DNA of 64,000 nucleotides from Malacoraja senta. Lineage: Eukaryota. Shown here one piece after another: positions 44,112 to 58,659 of this stretch. Under the pieces are notes generated by a model. The model was not told where the DNA came from and ran no database searches. It saw only the letters and a list, made by a program, of their open reading frames with translations. The position numbers and the translations under genes are program-made. The stretch spans positions 3,722,001 through 3,786,000 of the forward strand of contig CM075994.1 in NCBI GenBank assembly GCA_038087875.1, read 5' to 3'. Within the stretch, counting starts at the first letter, position 1, and each line of letters begins with the position of its first letter.

Positions 44112-44887
44112 GTAAGTAGGTGATAATCTGGCGGTGAGAAAGGCACAATGCATTGTTGCTACGACAGAGCACAATCTTGAGTTTTTGCTGCCCTTTTCCT
44201 GTGCAGCTCATGCCAGCATTATCATTTGCGTGCATTCACATGCAGAAATCCGGAATTATACCGACCAAACCAGCATGATTTCGAAGTCGGCAATTTTTGT
44301 AGCCCTTTTAGTTTCCGTCAATATGACATCACGTCAATTGGTGCGGATTTGAGTTATTAACGAAATATTATCATCTTGATATCCTGATAATCCAATATGT
44401 TCAGTCATATCAGAAATTATATTATTTCTCTAACGACATGCTTAATGAAGTTATTATTGCAGGCATGACTTGTGATTGCCAGTATTATGATAACTGAGAA
44501 GTTTATGCTTTTGCGCGCCATCCAGTGGATCAAGTGAGTACAAGGGAGTTAAAATAAACAGAATGTAGAACAAAGTGTTGCACTTGCAGATAATATGAAG
44601 ATAATGTGCAGAGACGAAATAGATCGCGAGATAGGGATTTCATGCTTCTGATATTAAAGTATATTTAAGAGTGCGACAATAGTGGGAAATGAACATTTCC
44701 TGAATAGCGGCACATGCTTTCAAACTTTGCAACGGCTGCATGCTGGGAGAGAGGTGTGGTGGGGAGAGGGGGGGGGTCAGATTGCGTAATGGAATGCGTT
44801 GCGTTTTCCAGCAAGCGCTAGCTGTCTTGAGAGCAGCAGTTACTCTGCACTGGATAAGATGCCTCTGCTCGCGCATTAGTAAATTAG

Positions 44888-44914
44888 GATGCCAACGTGC
44901 AATTGTAAAACCAG
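44888..44914 (+). CDS. Possible gene B micro-exon, 27 nt, (G)CQRAIVKP
   Basis: taaattag|GATGCC...AACCAG|gtaagt; strong donor, weak acceptor. Confidence 0.3.
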
Positions 44915-45335
44915 GTAAGTCATTGGACACTTGCCTAATCTCATTACATTACTTGTCTGTAGTTTCAACGTGATTAGATGAGGACAAATGGTTGGTGAAA
45001 TTTATCCTAATGTCCCATCCCTATATATCACCGTACTAATTATGAAAGTGCTTATCAACAGTTGATGTCCGGCAATTTTTCAGCATAGAACAGCAAAATG
45101 AAAACATTTTCCGAATATTTCATAATGTAATGTCTTCACTTCAGAAAGCAAAAAAAATATCTGTTGCCGATTATATTTGCAGTCTGTTTGGGTCTTATCA
45201 GCAAAATCCCTCAGGACGAGATAAAATCAGATTATTCTCAGCGTGTTTGTGAATTGTATATTATATAAATAGAGGTATATGATATTTATAGGATATGTAA
45301 ATAATGTGGTTATATATGTAATAATTGCACTACAG

Positions 45336-45353
45336 GCAGTGACAAAGAAACAG
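45336..45353 (+). pseudogene. Dead copy of the duplicated micro-exon (18 nt, donor GT>GG)
   Basis: cactacag|GCAGTGACAAAGAAACAG|ggaaac, homologous to 50918-50938 including flanks. Confidence 0.7.
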
Positions 45354-45508
45354 GGAAACTATCAACAATATCAGTACATGTATCCTAGATAGTTGCTTGA
45401 ATCATTTGTTTTACGTCGATAAATAATTTATGGTACATAGGTCTCGAGATGTTATACAGTTGAAGAGTGAATACGTATCTTTACTGTGTACGGTTTTATT
45501 AGAATATA

Positions 45509-46330
<822 letters not shown>

Positions 46331-46789
46331 ATTTTATTTTAATATGACTTACAAAATAAGCTTAAGAATGTAACAGCTGCATGATCCATTAAACCACCTG
46401 CAGTCTTTCCTGACATCGGCAGGCGGGAACAAAATAAATTTGTGTAGACGACAAAGAACATAAGGATGTTTTAGACTACGCTGTTCAAACATGTTCAGTA
46501 ATAACATAAATTATATTAATTCTCTAAGGTAACGTGATGCTTAATGAAGTTATTATTCCCGGCTAAACGTGATTGCCAGTATGACGGGAAGTATGTAATT
46601 TTGCATGCGATTCAGTAGATCAAGGGTGCTAAAAGAAACAATGCAGAACAGAGTGTTGCACCTACAGAAAATGTCTAAAGATATAAGTGGAAGGGCTGAA
46701 ACGAAATAGGTCGTGAGATCGGGAATTCATGCTTCATATATGAAAGTCTATTTAAGAGTAGAGTTAAAGCCGGAAAGAACCGGTTCTTG

Positions 46790-47325
46790 AATCTGGCTTC
46801 GGAGACAGACCGTTCGCTATCAGAGAGGGGGATCCCACCAACGGTATCCCACCACTGGCCACATCTTCCCTTTCGGCTTTACGCAGAGACAGCTCCCTCC
46901 GTAATTCGCTGGTCAATTCGTACCTTCCCAACCAAACACACCCTCCCCTGGTACTTTCCCTTGCAACCGCAGGAAATGCTACACTTGTCGCTTTACCTCC
47001 CCTCTCGATTCCATCCAAGGACCCAAGCAGTCTTTCCAGGAGAGGCGGAGATTCACCTGCACCTCCTCCAACCCCATCTATTGCATCCGCTGTTCAAGGT
47101 GCCAACTGCTCTACATCGGTGAGACCATGCGCAGGCTTGGCGATCGCTTCGCCCAACAAATCCGCTCAGTTCGCATTAACCAACCTGATCTCCCGGTAGC
47201 TCAGCACTTCAACTCCCCCTCCCATTCCGAATCCGACCTTTCGGTCCTGAGCCTCCTCCGTACCAGAGTGAGTCCAACCGCAAATTGGAGAAGCACCTCA
47301 TATTTCGCTTGGGTAGTTTACACCC
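46790..47325 (+). mobile_element. Penelope-like element GIY-YIG endonuclease fragment
   Basis: FTCTSSNPIYCIRCSRCQLLYIGETMRRLGDRF..PVAQHFN; a more decayed piece lies at ~37490-37680. Confidence 0.88.
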
Positions 47326-47649
47326 CGTTGCCTGCATCTTCCCGGTCTATTCCTCTCATGATCCTATACAGCTCAAGAAATATCACCCTCATCCGCCCGC
47401 GATCCAAGGAAAAGTGTCCCGGCCTACTTAACATCTGCCTATAGCTCAGACACTCTAGTCCTGGCAACATTTTCGTAAATGTTAGCTTACCCTATAGATC
47501 GTCAAAGTGAAATATATTATATATTGTGTTTGCTTTGAACTGCCAGATACGCATTGATGTCATATTCACAAATTGCTCTAACATAATTTGTTACTTTGCA
47601 ATCGAACGAAATATTCTCCATATAGTTGAAAACATTCTGCCACCCCTTT

Positions 47650-49290
47650 CTTTTTTTTTTTTTCTTTTTTTTTTTAAATTTTTATTTATTAGAAGTACAT
47701 TACATTACAACCACATACATTAGTACTCGTCATTTATATCTTCTTACAATTAATGTACTCCATTTATTTTTTACACTAGAAAAGGAAAAGATTGAAAGAA
47801 AGAAGAAAGTGAAGGAAAAAGTGAAAGTGTAGGAAATGTGACAACAAAAAAGGACGAAGACCCTATAAGAGCAAAATTAAAAACAAAAGAAAAAGAGTTA
47901 AGAAATAGACCCTAGGAAAGAAAGAGAGAGAAAGAGGAAAAAGAGAGAAACAAATATTTTTATGAGCATTACGTAAATGGGACATACCAACTCTTCAACT
48001 ATCATCACCCCTTACCTGACCTCAATTTTTTTTAAAGTACTTTTGCACCCTATGTTTGTAATAATTCTATAAATGCAGACCACGTCAGGTGGAAGTGATC
48101 TGGTTTACCTGCTAGGAGGAGTCTTATCTCTTCTAGGTGTAATGTTTCAAACATATTTGAAATCCACATATTTATAGTTGGTATTGGAGCCTTCTTCCAA
48201 AATTTTAGAATTAGCTTTTTTCCAGTTATTAACCCATAGTCCATTAGTTTCTTTTGAAACACATTTAGTTCTGGACCATCTTCCGTTATACCGAAGATAA
48301 TCCATTCTGCTTTGGGTATCAGTCTTGTTTTAAATAACTTTGTAAAGATTTCAAAAATTTCATTCCAAAATTTTTGAATTTTTTGTACAAGAAACGAATG
48401 AGTGCGCTATGATAGCTTCTTGGGATTGACATTTATCACAAATAGATGATACATTTGGGAAAATTTTATGAATTTTAGTTTTCGATTAATATAATCTATG
48501 TAAAATTTTAAATTGTATTAAAGTGTGTCTTACATTAATCGAGCATTTATGCACGTTTAATAAGTATTCATTCCAACTTTCCTTTGAAATTTTAATAGCT
48601 AACTCTTGTTCCCAGTCTCTTCTGATACCCTCCGTAGATGGTATTTGTACATTTAAGATAATATTATACAAATATGATATTAAGTTTGCTGATTCCGCTT
48701 TTATCTGCATTGCCTCGTCCAGTACATCTACTGGGTTATTATGATGATCTTTTGTATATTTTTTCAAATAGTCGCATATTTGAAAATATTTAAAATATTG
48801 ATTATTTCCGAGTTTATATTTTATTTGTAACTGTTGAAATGAAAGTAATTTTCCAGTTTCATACAAGTCACCAAGCGTTTTAATTCCTAATCTATCCCAT
48901 TGTGTATAAGCTTTATCTATAATAGAAGGATTAAACGAAGGGTTATTGACTATGGGTAATAAAAGTGATAAATTTCTTAATTTTAAATTTTGTTTTATTT
49001 GTTTCCAAATTAGGATTGTACTATGAATAATTGGGTTCTTATTATAATTTATGTTATTCAATTTCATTGGAGAGAGGAGGATCGCTCCAATGTTTCTAGA
49101 GGAGCAATCCTCTTTCTCCATTACAATCCAGTCCACTTGCTGGGCGGAGTTATCCATCAGTGGAATCATATTTTAAATATTTACTGACCAATAATAATAC
49201 ATAAAATTAGGTAGTGCTAAACCCCCTAATACTTTAGGTTTATTCAGATGAGTTTTTTGTATTCCAAGTGATTTATAGTCCCATATACTG
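47650..49290 (-). mobile_element. L1/Tx1-clade LINE 3' end (ORF2 C-terminus and 3' UTR)
   Basis: Poly-T at ~47650; LIQFKILHRLY, CDKC..HSF, GLALPNFMYYYW near 49190-49225. Confidence 0.85.
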
Positions 49291-49359
49291 CCACCCCTTT
49301 CTTTCCATTTTAATAATCATAACCATACTCATATTAATAATCATACTTTAATAGCCACG

Positions 49360-49935
49360 TATGTTTTACAACATACGAGAAATTTGATTTGCCATACAGT
49401 CATTCCATACAAGACACACCAAATACATTTTAACATAAACATCCACCACAGTGACCCCTCCACATTTTTCACTGTGATGGAAGGCGAAAAAAAGTTCAAT
49501 CTCTTCCCTTATTTGTTCTCCCGCGGTCGGGCGCTTCGAACCTTCCGTTGACGGGACGATGTTGATCCCGTAGCCGGTGGTGAAATCCTCCGCGTCAGGG
49601 CTATCAAGCTCCTACATCGGGGGCATGTCAGCTCCCCGCGCCCGGTGATCGACTCCGGGTCGGGGCTGGTCTTCTGTAACTTCGGAGCTTCCCGACGTCA
49701 TGTACCCGAGACTGCGTGCTCCTCGATGTTCAAATCCGCAGGCCGCGGTTGAAGCGTCGATCCCAGGCAAGGGATGGGCTCCGATGGTCAGTCCACGTCC
49801 GCGCGGTGGAGCTCAAAGTCAGTCCTCAGCAAAACCTCCAGCTACATTATGTTAGGACGCAGAGCGACTGGAGATCCGACCCAGAAAACAATCCCATCTC
49901 CGGCAAGATAAGAGATTGAAAATAAGTTCCCCCCA
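49360..49935 (-). mobile_element. Non-autonomous LINE-related retroposon
   Basis: Shares taaacatccaccacagtga and cactgtgatggaaggcg with the copies near 33460 and 6880. Confidence 0.6.
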
Positions 49936-50323
49936 ACACATTTCTTTCCAACCCATTTCTTTCCAGTTCTACCCTGATGCAGATATATTTCTCCAACTAC
50001 CACTGCCCCCTATATTTTACCGTAGGAAATATGAAAGTGATTGTCAACAGTTGATATTCTGCACAATTCAAGCACTGAACAGAAACATGAAAACATTTTT
50101 ACGAATACCTCACATTGCAATGTCTTCATTTCCCAACGCAGAATCGATATATTTGCCTATTACATTTGCAGGCCATATGGCTCTGGTCAGTAAAATCTCT
50201 CAGGATAATTTCATATCAAATTATTGTCAGCGTGTTTGTGACTTGTTTATTATACAAATGGTGGTATATAATATTGATTGGATTTGTGAATAATGTAGTA
50301 TATGTGTTTTAATTACATTACAG

Positions 50324-50344
50324 GCAAAGATGACAAGGAAGCAG
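50324..50344 (+). CDS. Gene B duplicated micro-exon, 21 nt, (G)KDDKEA
   Basis: ttaattacattacag|GCAAAG...AAGCAG|gtacat. Confidence 0.6.
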
Positions 50345-50917
50345 GTACATTATAATCAATATCCGTGTTTATATCATATATATTTGCATGACTCGCTAGC
50401 TCTACGGTAAGGAATAATTTATCGAACATAGGTCTGGAGATAATATATTGTTGAAGATTGGCCACACAGCGTTATTGTGCATTGTTTTATCGGGATTCTG
50501 TACAAAATGTGAAACCAATGTGTAAAACGTATATATATTGTTACTTTAAGATGACTTTCATGTCCCACGGCAATCTCGATGAATTTTCCCGATGCTATTT
50601 ACTGTCTATTTGGCTCGATAATAGACTGCAAAACATTAGACGGAAAACATTAATCGATCATTTTTATTAGTAAAGTTTAATGTTTTATGTGTCATTCATA
50701 ACTGTCACTGTATGTCATGTTGTCACTTGCGAGCGGAGCACCAAGGCAAATACTTGGCCAATAAACGTATTCATTCATTCCAGCAGAATCCCTCAGGGCA
50801 ATAATGTATCAGATTAATTTCAGCGTGTTTGTGACTAGTATATTATACAAACGGATGTATCTGATACTTATTGGATATAGGAACAATGTGTCTACATGTG
50901 TTTTATTTACATTACAG

Positions 50918-50938
50918 GCAAGGGTGACAAAGAAACAG
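50918..50938 (+). CDS. Gene B duplicated micro-exon, 21 nt, (G)KGDKET
   Basis: ttttatttacattacag|GCAAGG...AAACAG|gtaaac. Confidence 0.7.
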
Positions 50939-51343
50939 GTAAACTATCAGAAATACCAGTTTTTACATCTTACTTTGTTACTTGCATTACTAGCTATACC
51001 GGTGGAACGTTGTTCATGGAACATAGGTCTAGATATATAATATTGTTGAAGAGTGAAAACAGAGCTTTGCTGTGTATTATTTTATTAGAATTCTGTATGT
51101 ATTTGAAGCCACCGTGTAAAACGTGTTTCTTTTGTAACGTTAATAAAACTTTCATTTCCCAAAGCAAAATCGATACATTTTGCCGATTATATTTACAATC
51201 TATTTGGGTATCATCCGCAAAATCCCTCAGGACGAGATAATGTCAGATTATTCTCAGTGTGTTCTCAGTTGTATATTGTAGAAAATACGCTATTTATTGG
51301 ATATGTAATCAATGTGGCTACGTGTGTTCTAATTACATTACAG

Positions 51344-51364
51344 ACACAGGTGACAAAGGAACAG
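51344..51364 (+). CDS. Gene B duplicated micro-exon, 21 nt, (D)TGDKGT
   Basis: ctaattacattacag|ACACAG...GAACAG|gtaatc. Confidence 0.65.
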
Positions 51365-52241
51365 GTAATCTATCAGCAATAACGGTGTTTATATCCTTGC
51401 TCGAATCACTAGATTTACACGTGGAGAAATAATTTATGGTACGCATAATTAACAACAAGGTCTGGCGATTAAATACTGTTGAAGAGTGAACACAGCTTTT
51501 ATTTGTTCACTTTAATACGTTAATATGAGTTGCAAATTGAGATTAATTCTGTTTCAGCTAGTGGAGCCATTGAACTACTTGCATACTTTCCTGATAACTG
51601 CAGGCGGGAACGAAACAAATTTGCGCCTGACGACACATTTATGAAGAATGTTTTAAACTCCACTGGTCAAACATGTTCAGTGATACCAGAACATATTATT
51701 TCTATAAAGTAGTGTCATACTAACGATGTTATCATTGCAGGCTAGACTTTTGATTGCCAGTATTATGATAAATGATACGTGTGTGATTTTGCGTGCCATA
51801 CAGTCAAAGCAAGTGCATCAAGTTAAAACAAGAGAGCAAAAAGGAACTGAATGCAGAACAGTGTGTCGCAACTACAGATAAGTGCAGAGAAAAATGTGGA
51901 AGGGCTGAAATGAAACAAATCATTAGATCAAGGAATCATGCTTTCGATATGAACGGATATTACAGAATATGACAACAACGGGCTAGAAACAATGCTTTCA
52001 ATCTTTGGCTCTGATCAGCAAAACTTCTCAGGACGAGATAATATCATAATATTCTCAGCCTATATGTATGTTTTTATATTGTACAAACGGATGTACGTAA
52101 TGGTTATTGGATAAATGAAAAAAAAAAATTGATGCTTCCTATGGTCAAACTTAATCTGACCTGTACATTACACAAATTGCGGTATTAATATTTTTTGGAT
52201 ATGTGAACAATGCATCTACATGTGTTATAATTATATTACAA

Positions 52242-52262
52242 GCAAAGGTGACAAAGAAACAA
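52242..52262 (+). pseudogene. Dead copy of the duplicated micro-exon (acceptor CAG>CAA)
   Basis: tattacaa|GCAAAGGTGACAAAGAAACAA|gtaaat. Confidence 0.65.
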
Positions 52263-52568
52263 GTAAATTAACAACCATGCCATGTTTATATCGTACATTG
52301 TTCTTTGAATTACTAACTTTACATGTCGAGCAATAATTTATGGGACAAAGTTCTGGATATACAATATTGTTGAGGAGTCACGACACAGCTTTCTCGTTGC
52401 TTAATTCAGACGGATATCGTATATATCCCTGCTTATTTTTAAATGACATTTGCCACATTTTGCCTTTTCACACGCAACATCTGCTAACATTTAGAAGTAG
52501 GGAATTTGAGAGTCAGGCTGGAAAGAATTTAATGGACATTGCCCCCCAAAAATCCATGTCTTGGTTAG

Positions 52569-52589
52569 TCGGAGTCCATGGCAACACAG
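52569..52589 (+). CDS. Possible gene B micro-exon, 21 nt, (V)GVHGNT
   Basis: catgtcttggttag|TCGGAG...ACACAG|gttagg; 78-nt intron to the next exon. Confidence 0.45.
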
Positions 52590-52667
52590 GTTAGGAGTGC
52601 ATTCAGTTTAACCACTGGGAAAAGCATAAGGTAAATCATGATTCAGTTTTCGTCTTTTTCACAACAG

Positions 52668-52694
52668 AAGACGAAGCAAAAGATAAAGAACGTG
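52668..52694 (+). CDS. Gene B micro-exon, 27 nt, (E)DEAKDKER
   Basis: gtctttttcacaacag|AAGACG...AACGTG|gtaatt. Confidence 0.72.
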
Positions 52695-53460
52695 GTAATT
52701 ACTTTGGAGCTGTTAAGGTAGCCGCACCTTGTCAGTGATGGACACTGATTTGCGGAAATGCATGTATGTTCACAAGTTCACCAGATATAGGACGAGAATT
52801 AGGTAATTTGGCCCATCGAGTCCACTCCGCCAATCAATCAATCTCTACCTCCTAATACAATTTTCCTGCCTTTTCCCCATAACCCTTGACACCAGTTCTA
52901 ATGAAGTATGTGCGCAGCATAGTTTCTCCAGTGCCAGGCTGGGTCGAATGATCGATCTAATCCGCGAGGCTAGGCATTAGCCCTCAAAAAACAGAAATCA
53001 CTAATTTGAAGGTAAGCATATCCTCATGGTCCTATTTCCCCAACTGAAACCTTCCGTGCTTCTGACATTCAAAAACGATCCGAATGTTCATCAAGTCAAA
53101 AGGAGGATTAGTCCTTTAATGCACTCATTCTTTTTCAAATATTATAAAATTAGCTATTACATGTTTAAGGTTACGCAGTTGTAGATTGGATTAAACAATA
53201 TTTTATGTAAACGCGCGGTATCATTAAATGTACAATTGGATTGTTTGCAGTACTTCATAAATTGATAAAGTATACCAACGTCGCAATGCTAGTGATGCTT
53301 CTAATGCGCATTGATACGTAATCAAAGTCAAAGTCATAGTATCCAATGTTGATTGTTCCATTGTTGTTGTTTACCAGCGAGACATGTAGAATTTATACTT
53401 TAAATTTTACATATAAATACTGAAGTGCAATGAAACTAAAGGTTTGTCTTTCTTTTTCAG

Positions 53461-53496
53461 AGCTCGATAAACTGAGAGAGAGTCTGAGCAATGCAG
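53461..53496 (+). CDS. Gene B micro-exon, 36 nt, (E)LDKLRESLSNA
   Basis: gtctttctttttcag|AGCTCG...ATGCAG|gtggtt; same length and pattern as 42434-42469. Confidence 0.72.
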
Positions 53497-55119
53497 GTGG
53501 TTTCGCTAATCAGAGATGTTTATACATTAATTCATAGAGAGAGAGAGACTCATAGAATCATCGAGTGATACAGTGTGGAAACAAGCCCTTCGGCCCAACT
53601 TGCACATACCGGCCAACATGTCTCAGGAACACTTTTCTTTAAAACAATATTAGTTATAATCGTCGTTCTTCGTTTTGCTGACTGGTTTTCCCATTTCCCA
53701 CAAAATGTTACCTGGTGCAAATAGAACTCTCTGATCGAATGTCATATACTTGTGTGTCGCAATGTTGCTGATTCGTATCTGGTTGTGCCAACCCGATTTT
53801 TGCAAATGCTATGATTATGTTCCCTCCATTAAAAAGGCGGAATCAGCCATTCTTCTCGACCTGTATCTATTTCAACCGCTCACCTCCTTTATAATTAGCG
53901 ACGGCTTTCGCTTGCTTAGCAGTAGATCGTCTCGCATCTCCGCTGCAACAAACACAGATAATTTGATGACCATACTTGAATTCTGTTCCACTCTGTCTAT
54001 TTCTTCAAATTAATACTGTGCTTGTCTTCCACATTTCCCAGTATGTTTTAGCTTCTTTCATGGGCAGTTGGCGAGGGAAATAATGGGAACTAAATAATAG
54101 CATGCACGGTGACACGCGCGTGCACTCAAGCATACGTGTATGTGTTTACTTATGTATGTGTGTCCGAATGCGTGTGTATCTATATATATATGTCGCACAA
54201 GCGCTTCGGTGTGCGTGTTTGTGTGTGCGTGTGCACTCCTCTTCAGTATTGCTGAGTGTTGTTACAAAAATGAACATATTCACGTTATCCTGAAAAGGTA
54301 TGGTTTGTGAATATTACAAAACGTGCTACGTTGTAATGCCCAGTAATTGCAAGTTATGTGCCAAGAAAATACTTTCAGCAAAAATAAGATCTAAACAATT
54401 TCTATGACAACGGGAAGTCAAATCTTGCATTGATTACTATTGCTGCACCAGAACAACTATGTGGCAAAAAATTTCAAACATATTTTTATTTTCTACAACA
54501 GAGGAAATAAGTGGGTGATATTTACAGAGGTAGGAGTTGAAATATCGGAATATTGATATGTAATCCACTATTATTAACTTTGACGAGAACATTTTCTCAT
54601 GGGAAGGAAATTAAAATATCTTTGTAATGTTGAAGTGCGAAACATACGTTAATGTACAAATAATTTTACTGTCCTTGGGAACAATTGGTTTGTTGCAATA
54701 TCGTATCACAAGGTTAACTGGATATTTTGGATATCTGAGATGTAATGAAACCTACTGGGAAATAAAACATTTGCTCGCTGCTGTGTAAACTTTGAAGTTT
54801 CACATATATATACGTCAGTATTATTTTGAGATGTATGGACAAACTTTTAAGCAAGACAGGCAAGTCGTGTGACCGAAGTCAAGTCGGAAGTGCTGTTGTC
54901 TTCACTGCCCGTTCACTGGCTACGAAATTCGATCATAGATTATCGGTACTGGAAAAGCAGATGACTCCAAAGGGTGCACGATAAGTTAAAACAATTATCG
55001 TTACCCATCGATATAAATTATGAATGAGATATAAGTATTTTACGCCGGATGTCATCAATTGAATGCAACTTCCAACAAATTGGAATGGTCATTACCATGT
55101 TAATAATGTTAGAATTAGT

Positions 55120-57393
55120 TGCCAGGAGCAACACTAGCAAGTTTGCGGATGACACAATGCTGGGTGGCAGTGTGAAATGTGAAGAGGATGTTAGGAGGTT
55201 GCAGAGTGACCTGGACAGGATGAGTGAGTGGGCAGATGCCTGGCAGATGCAGTATCTATATAATTACAAGTGTCATCTTGACCCTGTTTGCACTGTGCTT
55301 TGATTTTAGAAGAAACGCTACCACATATGGCTGTGATTTTATGGCCATCTTACTCAGAGTCCTCCTCCTCTGCGCAGACACCGAGGTTTTTTTCACGTTA
55401 ATGAAAAATATAAGACTTATTAGTGTTTTAATAATCTTGAGATTCTCTCTCCTGTCAATCACCGCCATGGAGGCCACGCCCCTTCCGGTGAGAGGGAGGG
55501 GACGATAGCACCCAGAAATGTGTACGTGGCTCAGTCTGTATGCAAGATGGCCAGGGAGAGGTCACAACTCTCTGTCAGAGCTGGGAAACTACAGAACACT
55601 GTGAGTATGCAATGTACTTGTATAAATGAATTGTTAGCCCTCAATGACAATGGAATAAGTTGTTTGGCCTGCCCCGTGCTTGAAACTGCAATGGCAATGG
55701 AAATAAAGTGAAAATGCAATCAGCTGTTTGGCTTGAGCCTGCCCGGTGCTTGAAACTGCAATGGCAATGGAAGTGAAATGAAAATGCAATGAGCTATTCG
55801 GCCTGCCCTGTGCTTGAAACTGCAATGCAATTGGAAATGAAACGAATTGAGTTGTTTGGCCTGCCTGAAACCACTAACTTCGGCTCATAAGGCCCCTATC
55901 AGCCGAGAAACCAGTCCCTTTTCCCCAAAATGCCCAGGTGGAACATTTTGGCCCTAAAGGCCCTTGCCAGGCCAGGAAAAGTCCAGAAACATTGACTTTC
56001 ACTGAGATTTCACTGAGATTTTTTTAAAGAGCACCTTGGACACATCAGGCCTGTACTAGCCCAAGAGTCCCTACGACCCATCAGTAAGTATTCCCCCTGC
56101 AAGTATTAAACCTCACCCCAGTATTTTTCTCCCTTCCTTCATTTGCTCCCTGTGAGATCCAGGCCAGGATAGACTTTCTTCCTTCATTGCTGTGATCTGT
56201 AAAAAAAGATTAATAATTTCTAAAATGTATTCTCCACCCTCCTCCCCCTTCTCTCTCTCACAGAGTCTCTCACCTGTTTTGGGCAGAATTTCTGGCAGTT
56301 TCTGAGCTGCCAGCCCACCAGGCCTGAGTGACTGAGCTGCCAGCCCACCAGGCCTGAGTGACTGATCTGCCAGCCCACCAGGCCTGGGTAACTAAGTTGC
56401 CAGCCCACCAGGCCTGAGTGACTGAGCTGCCAGCCTATGAATCCATTCGGCCCACAATGTCCATACCCCCCCCCCCCACCGGCCATCAATCTTGGAATTG
56501 GTGCAGAGGTGGAATATTGCGTCGCGTCGGGGGACCAGACCTCCCGTGTGAACATGGGACCCAACGGGTCCCATTTAGTCTAGTAATATAGGTAAATGTG
56601 AGGTTATCCACTTTGGCGGCAAAAACAAGGAGGTAGATTATTATCTCAATGGGGTTTGGTTAGGTAAGAGGGAGGTACAGCGAGACATGGGACTTTTTGT
56701 ACACTAGTCACTGAAATTTGGTGTGCAGATACAGCAGGCAGTGAAGAAAGCTAATGGAATTTTGGCGTTTATAATAAGAGGTTTTCAGTATATGAGTAAA
56801 GATTTTCTACTGCAGTTGTATACGGCTCTGGTAAGAACACAATCTGGAGTATTGTGTACAGTTTTGGACTCCTAATTTGAGGAAGGACATACTTGTTATT
56901 GAGGCAGTGCAGCGTAGGTTCACGAGATTGATCCCTGGGATGGCGGGAGTGTCATATGAGGAAAATTGGAAAAGACTTGTCTTGTATTCACTGGAGTTCG
57001 GAAGGATGAGGGGAGATCTTATAGAAACATATAAAATTATAAAAGGACTGGACAAGCTAGATCCAGGAAATATGTTCCCAATGTTGGGCGAGGCAGAACC
57101 AGCGGCCACAGTCTTAGCCATTTAAGACTGAGGTGAGAAAAAACTTGTTCACTCAGAGAGTTGTGAATTTGTGGAAATCCCTGCCACAGAGGGCAGTGGA
57201 GGCCAAATCACTGCATGGATTTAAGAGAGAGTTAGATAGAGCTCTAGGGGCTAGTGGAATCAAGGGATATGGGGAGAAGGCAGGCACGGATTATTGATTG
57301 GGGATGATCAGCCATTATCACAATGAATGGCGGTGCTGGCCCGAAGGGCCGAATGGCTTCACCCTGCTACTATTTTCTATGTTTCTATGTTTC
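55120..57393 (+). mobile_element. CR1-type LINE 3' region split by a Helitron
   Basis: SKFADDTMLGG..WQMQY, resuming at 56584; (ttctatgt)n tail. Confidence 0.9.
55255..56583 (+). mobile_element. Non-autonomous Helitron with complete termini
   Basis: 5' TC, 3' CTAG, hairpin atgggacccaacgggtcccat (56554-56574), inserted between A and T with no TSD; internal tandem repeats including a 30-bp unit. Confidence 0.92.
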
Positions 57394-58362
57394 TAAGATT
57401 CAAGATTCAAGATTCAAGAGAGTTTATTGTCATGTGTCCCTGATAGGACAATGAAATTCTTGCTTTGCTTCAGCACAACAGAACATAGTAGGCATGATTA
57501 CAGAACAGATCAGTGTGTCGATTTTCCGTTATATAAATATATACACACATGAACAAATAAACTGATGAAGTGCAAATAACAGATAATGGGCTATTAATGT
57601 TCAGAGTTTTGACCGAGCCAAGTTTAATAACATGATGGCTGTGGGGAAGTAGCTATTCCTGAACCTGTTCGTTGCAGTCTTCAGGCTCCTGTATCCTCCT
57701 CCTGAAAGTAGCGGGGAGATGAGTGCGTGGCCGGGATGGTGTGGGTCCTTGATAATGCTGCCAGCCTTTTTGAGGCAGCGTCTGCGATAGATCCCATCGA
57801 GGGAAGGGAGGTCAGAGCCGTTGATGGAGTGGGCAGTGTTTACTACTTTTTGCAGTATTTTCCTCTCCAGGGCCCTCAAGTTGCCGAACCAAGCCACGAT
57901 CAGCAACCGGTCAGCATGCTCTCTACTGTGCACCTGTAGAAGTTAGAGAGAGTCCTCCTTGACAAACCGACTCCCCGTAATCTTCTCAGGAAGTAGAGGC
58001 GCTGATGTGCTTTCTTAATTATAGCATCAGCGTTCTCGGACCCGGAAAGATCTTCAGAGATGTGCACGCTCAGGACTTTGAAGCTCTTGACCCTTTCACC
58101 CATCGACCCGTTGATATAAACGGGACTGTGGGTCCCCATCCTACTCCTTCCAAAGTCCTTTCCTGGTCTGAGAACACTAATGGAATTATCATGGGCTCTG
58201 ACCTTCCTTCCATGGAGGGGATTTATCGCAGTCGCTGCCTCAAAAAGGCTGGCAGTATCATCAAAGACCCACACCATCCTGGCCACACAATCATCTCCCT
58301 GCTACCTTCAGGTAGAAGGTACAGGAGCCTGAAGACTGCAAAGACCAGGTTCAGGAATAGCT
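57394..58362 (-). mobile_element. Rex1-like LINE 3' fragment followed by an inverted homologous piece
   Basis: KKAHQRLYFLRRLR; RCLKKAGSIIKDPHHPGH appears on both strands; (ttcaaga)n tail. Confidence 0.85.
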
Positions 58363-58659
58363 ACGTGTGGAAGCAAAATGAGTGTCCATAAAATTGAAGA
58401 ACGATCCATCAGGTATTTTGTGGCGTCCATATGGGGTAAGAACAAGTAGAAACTTGACGAGTAATGCAAACATAATGATCTTCCCCATTATTAAAGCCGA
58501 GATTCGTCTTTCCGTATTTATCTGCCGCTTTGATATGCTCTTGCTGGACGATCAATTCTGCTGCTAGTGAAGCTGCCAATGGCAGCGATAAAGACTCAAT
58601 TCCTAGTCACCTTATAGCGGGACCGTAACTTAAAAGCTAATTAAATGGCAGTAACAGTA

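Noticed and set aside
52981..53011. Strong donor (aag|gtaagc) suggesting another micro-exon
   Set aside because: Nearby acceptors give 17, 31 or 38 nt, none frame-preserving in phase 1
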